From assembly GCA_045595785.1 (NCBI GenBank), contig JAZOBE010000009.1, forward strand, positions 5,017-69,016: 64,000 nt of DNA, written 5' to 3'. Shown here one piece after another: positions 37,674-45,000 of this stretch; the first letter of the stretch is position 1; the number at the start of each line of letters is the position of its first letter. The stretch is from Eubacteriales bacterium. Lineage in GTDB: Bacteria; Bacillota; Clostridia; Oscillospirales; CAG-382. The translations under genes were made by a program, and so were the position numbers. The notes beneath the pieces are model-generated. The model had not been told where the DNA came from and ran no database searches. It saw only the letters and a program-made list of their open reading frames with translations.

Positions 37674-38303
37674 GTGGTCGCTTTGTATATTATTCTTGGT
37701 ATCATCGCGATTTTTTGCTTGTTTCTTTGCCTGCGCGCAAAGGTTACCGTGGCATGGTGCAACGATCTGTTTGTGCGTGTGGGTTTGGGCCCCGTATCCT
37801 ATGAATTTGCGTTAAGCGATTTCAAAAAGGAAAAAAGCACGGAGGAAAAGAAGCCTCCTGCCGAAGCAGAGAAAAAAGCAAAAAAGAAAAAGACAAAAAA
37901 GAAGAAAACAAAAGAAAAGAAAAATGTCCCCTTTACCGAGCAATTAAAGTTTTTCTATGAGCTTTTGGTTGCCGTATACAAGCATTTCGGTAAAAAGATA
38001 CGGGTGGATAAATACGTGCTCAAGGTTTCCGTCGGCACCGACGACCCTGCACAGACCGCAGTTTTATACGGCGCGTTAAGCGGAGTTATGGCAAATATCA
38101 CCGCTTTGATATTAAAATTCAACCACAAGAAAAACGCACGGATATATTCCGAGTGCAAGCCGGATTTTTTAAGCGGCAGTATGGATATATACGCGGATAT
38201 CGGCGGCTCGGTAATGCTGTGGAATATATTGATAACCGGAATATGCCTGCTGTTTATCTGGCTGAAAAAGAAACTGAAAAAGAAAAAAACCGCGCAAAAA
38301 TAA
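37674..38303 (+). CDS. ytfI: DUF2953-type sporulation membrane protein (YtfI-like)
   Basis: GTG start abutting the scpB stop, N-terminal TM helix and a Lys-rich linker. Its position upstream of ytfJ matches B. subtilis ytfI-ytfJ. Confidence 0.55.
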   Translation: MVALYIILGIIAIFCLFLCLRAKVTVAWCNDLFVRVGLGPVSYEFALSDFKKEKSTEEKKPPAEAEKKAKKKKTKKKKTKEKKNVPFTEQLKFFYELLVAVYKHFGKKIRVDKYVLKVSVGTDDPAQTAVLYGALSGVMANITALILKFNHKKNARIYSECKPDFLSGSMDIYADIGGSVMLWNILITGICLLFIWLKKKLKKKKTAQK

Positions 38304-38315
38304 CAAAAATCCTAT

Positions 38316-38596
38316 GAACGCGGAGTATTCGGCGCAGAAGAAATCTTTTACGAGCGGAATCTCCACCCCACAAAACCGAAGGTTTTGCGGGGAACCCCGG
38401 GAGCTGTACAAAGGTACAGCAAGCGAAGTAAAAGTTTCTACAAAAACGCAATGCAAATAAATTTTGAGGAAATCCTGCAAGGATTTCTACCGCAAAAATC
38501 GTAATTACCACGGACGGTCGGGGACGCCCGTCCCTACCGATTACCAAAATCTTTTAGTGTGTGCGTTTTTGGTTCTGCGTTGAATAAACGCGTTCC
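38316..38596. repeat. complete mosaic palindromic element with terminal inverted repeats
   Basis: Left TIR GAACGCGGAGTATTCGGCGCAGAA. P3 with a P1 (38364-38398) nested in its arm. CAAAAACGCA (38441-38450). P5 GAAATCCTGCAAGGATTTC. P2 GGACGGTCGGGGACGCCCGTCCC. TGCGTTTTTGG (38563). Right TIR TTCTGCGTTGAATAAACGCGTTCC. Confidence 0.85.
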
Positions 38597-38619
38597 GGAA
38601 TATAAGGAGTTACTGCATT

Positions 38620-39081
38620 ATGAAAGATATACCTCTCAAGCAAATAATCGAAGCATCTCTTTCCAAGATCGGCTCTGTGGCTGACGTTAATACCGTAGTA
38701 GGCGACCCTATTACTATTGACGGCGGTATAACCATCGTGCCTTTTTCCAAGGTATCCGTAGGCTTTGCCTCCGGCGGTGTGGATTTTGACGGAAAGAACT
38801 CCCCTCCCGAAAGCAACCCTCACTTTGCAGGCGGTAACGGCGCCGGTGTAAGCGTGGTTCCTCTGGGATTTTTGCTTATACAGAACGGTGAGGTCCGTAT
38901 GCTTGACCTGAAGAACCCCGCATCCTTTGAGTATGCGCCTCAGGACCCTGTAAGCAAGACCATTACCGCTGTTAACTCGCTTATTGATAAAGGTCCCGAG
39001 CTGGTGCTTAAGATAAAGGATATTATTTCCTCCAACGCTCCCGCCGCAGAGGAGACCGTTCCCGAGGAAACTCAGGAATAA
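38620..39081 (+). CDS. ytfJ: sporulation protein YtfJ (GerW family)
   Basis: VVGDPITIDGGITIVPFSKVSVGFASGG..GAGVSVVPLGFL. Confidence 0.85.
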   Translation: MKDIPLKQIIEASLSKIGSVADVNTVVGDPITIDGGITIVPFSKVSVGFASGGVDFDGKNSPPESNPHFAGGNGAGVSVVPLGFLLIQNGEVRMLDLKNPASFEYAPQDPVSKTITAVNSLIDKGPELVLKIKDIISSNAPAAEETVPEETQE

Positions 39082-39779
39082 TGGAGAGAATACAAAAATA
39101 TATTGCCGCCTGCGGTGAGTATTCCCGACGGGCGGCTGAAAAAGAGATTCTTGCAGGCAGAGTTACGGTTAACGGCGTGAAGGCGGAGATAGGTATGTCC
39201 GTTTCCGACAAGGACGATATCCGTATCGGGGGAGTTCCCCTTAAAAAAGAGACCCAAAAGGTTACGGTCATGCTGAATAAGCCTATGGGTTACGTTACCA
39301 CCATGAGCGATGAATTGGGCAGAAAAACGGTTTCCGACCTGATTGACCTGCCTTACCGCCTGTATCCTGCAGGCAGACTGGATAAGGACAGCGAGGGTCT
39401 GCTTATAATGACCAACGACGGTGAGCTTGCAAACCGTCTTACCCACCCGAGGACAGGCAAAAAGAAGATATACCACGTTTATTTGCGGGGAAATATCGAA
39501 AACAACGCGCTGGATTCCCTCCGTGCCATGCGGATGCTGGACGATGAAAAGATAAACCCCGTGGGAGTGGAGCTGATAAAGCGTTCCCCCAACGGAAGCG
39601 TTGTTAAATTTGTACTTACCGAGGGCAAGAACCGACAGATACGCCGTATGTGCGAAAGCGTTTGTCTTACCATAACCCAGCTTAAGCGTGTGCAGATCGG
39701 CTCGCTCCATCTGGGTGAATTAAAGACGGGTGAATACCGCCGTCTTACAAAACAGGAAATAGGAGAGCTTCTTAAATGA
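39081..39779 (+). CDS. rluB: pseudouridine synthase, RsuA/RluB family
   Basis: S4 domain (RIQKYIAACGEYSRRAAE..GRVTVNG) and catalytic GRLDKDSEGLL. Confidence 0.88.
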   Translation: MERIQKYIAACGEYSRRAAEKEILAGRVTVNGVKAEIGMSVSDKDDIRIGGVPLKKETQKVTVMLNKPMGYVTTMSDELGRKTVSDLIDLPYRLYPAGRLDKDSEGLLIMTNDGELANRLTHPRTGKKKIYHVYLRGNIENNALDSLRAMRMLDDEKINPVGVELIKRSPNGSVVKFVLTEGKNRQIRRMCESVCLTITQLKRVQIGSLHLGELKTGEYRRLTKQEIGELLK

Positions 39780-40078
39780 TAACCACAAAACAGCGCGCAT
39801 ACCTGCGCTCACTTGCAAACACTCTTCCTGCACTTTACATTGCAGGAAAGGGCGAGGTTACCGAAAATCAGATACGCACCTTTGCCGACGGATTGGAAAA
39901 GAAAGAGCTTATTAAAATATCCGTGCTGGAGACCAGCCCTTATACCCCCAGAGAATTGTGTGATATTCTTGTGGAGGAAACAGGCGCAGAGCCCGTGCAG
40001 GTTATCGGAAGAAAGATAGTGCTGTATAAGCAGGTGAAGAATAAAGAGAACAGAAAAATAGAACTGCCGGTTAAATAA
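39776..40078 (+). CDS. yhbY: YhbY family (CRM domain) RNA-binding protein
   Basis: 100 aa. TTKQRAYLRSLAN..ELIKISV. ATGA overlap with rluB. Confidence 0.85.
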   Translation: MITTKQRAYLRSLANTLPALYIAGKGEVTENQIRTFADGLEKKELIKISVLETSPYTPRELCDILVEETGAEPVQVIGRKIVLYKQVKNKENRKIELPVK

Positions 40079-40107
40079 TAACTCACGGCTACAATAATTA
40101 AAAATCC

Positions 40108-40423
40108 GAAGGACGCAGGATATTTGGCGGGGTCCCCGAAAATCGAAGATTTTTGGGGTGCCTTTGGCGCAGAAAACGTCTTTCGCGAGCGTGGCGTAGT
40201 AACCTACGACTAGCGAAGCGAAAGCGGTTACAAAAACGCAAAACAAATAAATTTGCAGGAAATCCTGCAAGGATTTCTACCGATAAAACCGTGAGAAAAA
40301 CGGACGGTCGGGGACGCCCGTCCCTACGGTTAACGAAACCTTTTAGTATGTGCGTTTTTGGTTTCGGGGTCCCCGCAAATCGAAGATTTGTGGGGTGACT
40401 TGTGCGGCAAATAGGCGCGTCCC
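40108..40423. repeat. complete mosaic palindromic element
   Basis: TIR GAAGGACGCAGGATATTTGGCGG, P1 (40129-40160), P3 (40163-40240), CAAAAACGCA, P5, P2, TGCGTTTTTG (40351-40360), P1 (40366-40397), then TIR ..GCGGCAAATAGGCGCGTCCC. Confidence 0.9.
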
Positions 40424-40432
40424 AAATGTATT

Positions 40433-41491
40433 ATGAGAATATTAATATTCGGAGGAGCCTTTGACCCTCCCCACCAAGGTCACGTTAATGCGGCGAAAGC
40501 GGCGTATGACCGAATAAAGCCCGATATTTTCTATATTATCCCTGCCTTTGACCCGCCGTTGAAGGATGCTCCCGTTACCCAAAGCAGCCACAGAATGAAT
40601 ATGTGCGCGCTGGCTTTTGGAGATATACCCAACGCGGTGGTTTCGGATATTGAGATAAAGCGTGGGGAAAAGAGCTATACCTATATAACTCTGGCAGAAA
40701 TAAAGGAAAAGCACCCCGAAAGCGAAATTTTTCTGCTTGTGGGCGCTGACCAGCTTGAGCAGTTTGAGAAATGGGCGCGTTACGAGTATATTCTTGAAAA
40801 CTGCACCCTTTGCGTTGCAGGCAGAGGCGAAAAGGAAATAAACAAAAAGTACGAAAAGGTTATTCTGTTGGAAAACGAGAAAACCGATATATCCTCCACC
40901 GAAATTCGGGCAGGTGTGCGGGATAAGCTTCCCGAAAAGGTGTATGAATATATAAAGGAAAAGGGGCTTTACCGCGGAAACCACGTTGAAGGGGTTATTA
41001 AGTACGCGGAGATGCTGAGGGCGGATTGCTTCCCTCACCTTGATAAAGCCGACGTGTTTACCGCCGCCTCTATGCACGACAGCACCAAGGGACTTGACCA
41101 GCAGGCGATATTTGAAAGCCACGGTGTGGAGATTGACAGCGATATGAAAAATTCCCCTGCGGTGATGCACGCATTTACCGCCGCACTGAATATGGAAAAG
41201 CAGGGGGAAAAAGAGAGCGTTGTAAACGCTGTCCGCTACCATACAACCGGCAGACCGAATATGACGGATATTGAAAAAGTGGTTTTTATTGCCGATTATA
41301 TCGAGGAAAACAGGCGGTACGACCATTGTGTCCGTATGCGGAACGAATATCTGAAGCACCGCGGAAGCACGGATATAAACAACATGATAAAGCAAATACT
41401 AAATTCCACCGTACAGCATCTTGAGGAAAAAGGGGATTTTATTCACCCTCTTACCTTGCAGGCGATGGAATATTATAAACAAGGAGAATAA
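40433..41491 (+). CDS. nadD: fused nicotinate-nucleotide adenylyltransferase (NadD) and HD-domain YqeK phosphohydrolase
   Basis: The N-terminal half has GGAFDPPHQGH and ISSTEIR. The C-terminal half has the HD-domain pattern H..HD....RYHTTG..ADYIE, as in YqeK. Confidence 0.85.
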   Translation: MRILIFGGAFDPPHQGHVNAAKAAYDRIKPDIFYIIPAFDPPLKDAPVTQSSHRMNMCALAFGDIPNAVVSDIEIKRGEKSYTYITLAEIKEKHPESEIFLLVGADQLEQFEKWARYEYILENCTLCVAGRGEKEINKKYEKVILLENEKTDISSTEIRAGVRDKLPEKVYEYIKEKGLYRGNHVEGVIKYAEMLRADCFPHLDKADVFTAASMHDSTKGLDQQAIFESHGVEIDSDMKNSPAVMHAFTAALNMEKQGEKESVVNAVRYHTTGRPNMTDIEKVVFIADYIEENRRYDHCVRMRNEYLKHRGSTDINNMIKQILNSTVQHLEEKGDFIHPLTLQAMEYYKQGE

Positions 41492-41495
41492 ATAA

Positions 41496-41837
41496 ATGGC
41501 AGAAGTTGCATTACAGGATAAGATTGCCGCAGTTGCTAAAGAAGCACTTGACAGCAAGAACGGACAAGATATAAAGGCGTTGCACGTTGCGAAGCAGACC
41601 GTGCTGGCAGACTGGTTCGTGCTGGCGACGGGTACGTCAAACACACATATAAACACCCTTGCAGACGAGGTTGAGTTCAAGGTAAAGGAACAGCTTGGTG
41701 TTGACCCTATCCGCACCGAGGGCAGAGGAAATAATATGTGGATATTGGTGGACTACGGCTCTGTTATAGTTCACGTGTTTACAAAAGAAGGCAGAGAGTT
41801 CTATAAGCTTGACAAGCTCTGGGCAGATATCAAGTAA
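41496..41837 (+). CDS. rsfS: ribosome silencing factor RsfS
   Basis: 113 aa. LADWFVLATGTSNTH..WILVDYGSVIVHVF..REFYKLDKLW. Confidence 0.92.
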   Translation: MAEVALQDKIAAVAKEALDSKNGQDIKALHVAKQTVLADWFVLATGTSNTHINTLADEVEFKVKEQLGVDPIRTEGRGNNMWILVDYGSVIVHVFTKEGREFYKLDKLWADIK

Positions 41838-41843
41838 ATTGTA

Positions 41844-42183
41844 GGAACGCGGCTATTTAACGCAGATCCAAAAACGCAAAAATTTATATAATTTCTGTTC
41901 AGCAAATTTCCGGTTGTAGGGACGGGCGTCCCCGAAGCGCACCCCACAAATGCTAATTCGCATTTGCGAGGACCCCGCTCCGACGCCCCGCATTCCCGCA
42001 GCCAAATAAGGTAAATTTTTGTAGAATAAATCTACAAAAATTATTTCACATGCGTTTTTGTAACCGCTTTCGCTTCGCTAGTCGTAGATTACTACGCCAC
42101 GCTTGCGAAAGACGTTTTCTGCGCCAAAGGCACCCCAAAAATCTTCGATTTTCGGGGACCCCGCTAAATATCCTGCGTTCTTC
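41844..42183. repeat. complete mosaic palindromic element (exemplar)
   Basis: TIR GGAACGCGGCTATTTAACGCAGATC, CAAAAACGCA, P2 + P1 double hairpin (41916-41999), P4 TTTTTGTAGAATAAATCTACAAAAA, TGCGTTTTTG (42051), P3, P1 (42131-42162), then TIR GCTAAATATCCTGCGTTCTTC. Confidence 0.9.
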
Positions 42184-42248
42184 AGACTTTTGGGTTTTAC
42201 AGCCGTGGCTTGCCCTTGCAATTTGATTATTATTTTCAGGTGATATAT

Positions 42249-44645
42249 ATGAAATACAATTACAAAGAGTATGAATCCCATTGGCAGAAAAAGTGGGAGG
42301 ACGACAAGGTTTTTGTCTGTGATATAGACAAAAGCAAAAAGAAGTTTTACGGTCTGGTAGAGTTTCCCTACCCCTCCGGTGCAGGCATGCACGTTGGCCA
42401 CATAAAGGCATACGGCGGACTTGAGGTTATTACCCGTAAAAAGCGTATGGAGGGATACAACGTTCTGTTCCCTATCGGCTTTGATGCGTTTGGTCTGCCT
42501 ACCGAAAACTACGCTATAAAGACAAACACCCACCCCAGAGTGGTTACCGATAACAATATTGCAAAGTTTACATCCCAGATGAAGCGTGTGGGCTTTGGCT
42601 TTGACTGGACGAGAGTTATTGATACCACCGAAGAGGACTATTACAAGTGGACCCAGTGGATATTCCTTAAGCTGTTTGAAAACGGTCTTGTTTTCCGTGA
42701 TAAGGCGCTGGTAAACTATTGTCCCTCCTGCCGCTGCGTGCTTTCCAACGAGGACAGCCAGGGCGGTAAGTGCGATATCTGCCACAGCGACGTTGTGCAG
42801 AAATCCAAGGACGTTTGGTACTTAAGAATAACCAAATATGCAGACAAGCTGCTGCAGGGTCTTAAGGACGTTGATTATCTGCCCAACATCGTTCTCCAGC
42901 AGGAAAACTGGATCGGTAAGAGTGAAGGCGCATTTGCCAACTTCAAGCTTAAAGAGGTTGACGAGTGCTTACGTATCTACACCACCAGACCCGACACTAT
43001 GTTCGGCGTAACCTTTATGGTTATGGCTCCCGAGCATCCTCTCCTTGACAAATATGCAGACAAAATAACCAATATGGACGCTGTTCTTGAATACCGCGCC
43101 CTTTGCGCAAAGAAGACCGAGTTTGAGCGCACCCAGCTTAACAAGGACAAGACCGGCGTTAAGCTTGAAGGCCTTACGGCTATCAATCCCCTTTCCGGCA
43201 AAGAGGTGCCTATATTTATTTCCGATTACGTTATGATGGGCTACGGCACCGGCGCGATTATGGCTGTACCCGCACACGATGACAGAGACTTTGAGTTTGC
43301 ACGCAAGTTCGGTGTGGATATAATTCCCGTTATCAAGGGCGGCGACGGTGAGAGCGCTTATACCGGTGACGGAGAAATGATAAACTCTGAATTCCTCAAC
43401 GGAATTTCCAATAAGAAGGACGCTGTAAGCGCCGCTATAAAGGTGCTGGAGGAAAAGGGTCTGGGCGAGGGCGGTACCCAGTTTAAGATGAAGGACTGGG
43501 CGTTTAACCGTCAGCGTTACTGGGGTGAGCCTATTCCTATCGTTCACTGCGAGCATTGCGGTGACGTGGCTGTGCCTTATGGTGAACTTCCCCTCCGCCT
43601 CCCCGATATGGAGCAGTTTGTTCCCGGCGAGGGCGGTGAAAGCCCTCTTGCAAAGGTTGAAAGTTTTGTTAACTGCGTTTGCCCCAAGTGCGGCAGAGAC
43701 GCAAAGCGTGAGACGGATACCATGCCTCAGTGGGCAGGATCAAGCTGGTACTTCCTCCGTTATCTTGACCCCAAGAACAAGGACGAATTCTGTTCCAAGG
43801 AAGCACTGGATTACTGGATGCCCGTTGACTGGTACAACGGCGGCATGGAGCACGTTACCCGCCACATGATCTATTCCCGTTTCTGGCACCGCTTCCTTTA
43901 CGATATCGGTGAGGTAAACACTCCCGAGCCTTACGCAAAGCGTACCGCGCAGGGTCTTATTCTCGGCCCCGACGGTGAGAAGATGTCCAAATCCCGCGGA
44001 AACGTTGTTGACCCTAACGAGATAGTTGACAAGTTCGGCGCAGACGTTCTCCGTGTGTATATAATGTTTATGGGCGATTATGAGAAGGCGTCCCCCTGGA
44101 ACGATTCTTCCGTACGCGGCTGTAAGCGTTTCCTTGACAGAGTTGCAGGTATGGCAGAGCTGCCCGGCGTTGCATCCGATTCCGCAAGTGAATCCGCCAT
44201 CCATAAGCTGATAAAGAAGGTTTCAAGCGATATTGATAATATGAAGTTCAACACCGCCATCGCCGCGATGATGACATATATCAACACCGTTTACGAAAAG
44301 AACGCTATAAACCGTGATGAGCTCAAGATTTTTGTAAAGCTGCTGGCACCCTTTGCACCTCACCTTGCAGAGGAAATGTGGCATGACCTTGGCGAAAGCA
44401 CTTACGTTTCTCTCGCTCCTTGGCCCGTACACGACGAGAGCAAGACGGTTGACAACACCGTTGAGATCGCAGTGCAGTTCCTCGGCAAGCTTAAGGGCAC
44501 GGTTGTCGTTCCTGCTGATGCTGACGAGGACACCGCGTGGGAGATCGTATCCGCATCCGGCGTGCTTGACCAGGCGCTGGAAGGCAAGACTATCGTAAAG
44601 AAGATATATGTTAAAGGCAGAATCTTCAACGTAGTCGCTCGGTAA
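42249..44645 (+). CDS. leuS: leucine--tRNA ligase
   Basis: ATG at 42249 (MKYNYKEYE..); upstream ORF-track residues are repeat DNA. HIGH-type motif HVGH and KMSKS are present. 798 aa. Confidence 0.95.
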   Translation: MKYNYKEYESHWQKKWEDDKVFVCDIDKSKKKFYGLVEFPYPSGAGMHVGHIKAYGGLEVITRKKRMEGYNVLFPIGFDAFGLPTENYAIKTNTHPRVVTDNNIAKFTSQMKRVGFGFDWTRVIDTTEEDYYKWTQWIFLKLFENGLVFRDKALVNYCPSCRCVLSNEDSQGGKCDICHSDVVQKSKDVWYLRITKYADKLLQGLKDVDYLPNIVLQQENWIGKSEGAFANFKLKEVDECLRIYTTRPDTMFGVTFMVMAPEHPLLDKYADKITNMDAVLEYRALCAKKTEFERTQLNKDKTGVKLEGLTAINPLSGKEVPIFISDYVMMGYGTGAIMAVPAHDDRDFEFARKFGVDIIPVIKGGDGESAYTGDGEMINSEFLNGISNKKDAVSAAIKVLEEKGLGEGGTQFKMKDWAFNRQRYWGEPIPIVHCEHCGDVAVPYGELPLRLPDMEQFVPGEGGESPLAKVESFVNCVCPKCGRDAKRETDTMPQWAGSSWYFLRYLDPKNKDEFCSKEALDYWMPVDWYNGGMEHVTRHMIYSRFWHRFLYDIGEVNTPEPYAKRTAQGLILGPDGEKMSKSRGNVVDPNEIVDKFGADVLRVYIMFMGDYEKASPWNDSSVRGCKRFLDRVAGMAELPGVASDSASESAIHKLIKKVSSDIDNMKFNTAIAAMMTYINTVYEKNAINRDELKIFVKLLAPFAPHLAEEMWHDLGESTYVSLAPWPVHDESKTVDNTVEIAVQFLGKLKGTVVVPADADEDTAWEIVSASGVLDQALEGKTIVKKIYVKGRIFNVVAR

Positions 44646-44646
44646 G

Positions 44647-44826
44647 TCGGGCGTGTATCTTGGGTCAGACCAAAAACGCAAAAGATACAATAAAATGTAT
44701 CGAAAACCGTAGGGGACGGCGTCCCCGACGTCCCGAAAACAAATAAAACTGCAGGAATCCGCTTGATGCGGATTCCTTTCATTTTATGTTCGCGTTTTTG
44801 TTCTGATTTGTTTTACCATCGCTCCC
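44647..44826. repeat. mosaic palindromic element
   Basis: ..GGTCAGACCAAAAACGCA, P2-like GTAGGGGACGGCGTCCCCGACGTCCC, P5-like GGAATCCGC-ttgat-GCGGATTCC, then CGCGTTTTTGTTCTGA... Confidence 0.8.
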
Positions 44827-44972
44827 TTCAGGCCATTTGCTTCGGTTAATTGTTGACGTTGGTGTAGTGCGAACAGTTTGCGGGAGGGGAACGCAAAGCG
44901 TTAAACCCCTCCCCTACAGTTATCGAAACACCGTAACATTTCTTGACATTTGCTCTTTTTACATATATAATA
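44826..44972 (+). repeat. promoter-carrying repeat, copy B
   Basis: See 8707-8852. The 132-nt core 44841-44972 has 7 mismatches to copy A. Confidence 0.9.
44943..44971 (+). promoter_or_regulatory. consensus sigma-A promoter TTGACA-17-TATAAT (inside repeat copy B)
   Basis: TTGACA at 44943-44948, TATAAT at 44966-44971. The downstream ATG is at 45001. Confidence 0.65.
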
Positions 44973-45000
44973 CCCCTATAAAAACAACGGAGGAACAACT

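Noticed and set aside
40153-40398. 81-aa ORF (MGCLWRRKRLSRAWRSNLRLAKRKRLQKR..) with a near-identical arginine-rich peptide also encoded at 42046-42411 on the other strand. It could look like a conserved small basic protein.
   Set aside because: Both lie entirely within the inverted mosaic repeat copies, and the shared peptide simply reflects the shared DNA. There is no RBS, and the frames are interrupted in other copies of the same modules.
38316-40423. Clusters of short palindromes, considered as a possible CRISPR array.
   Set aside because: There is no constant-length direct repeat alternating with unique spacers. The modules differ from each other, occur in both orientations and are scattered over the whole window. 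No cas genes or leader are present.
42046-42248. Expected T-box leader upstream of leuS.
   Set aside because: I could not find a specifier-loop/T-box sequence (AANNNGGTGGTACCGCG-like) or a terminator/antiterminator pair. The region is occupied by the right end of a mosaic repeat element.
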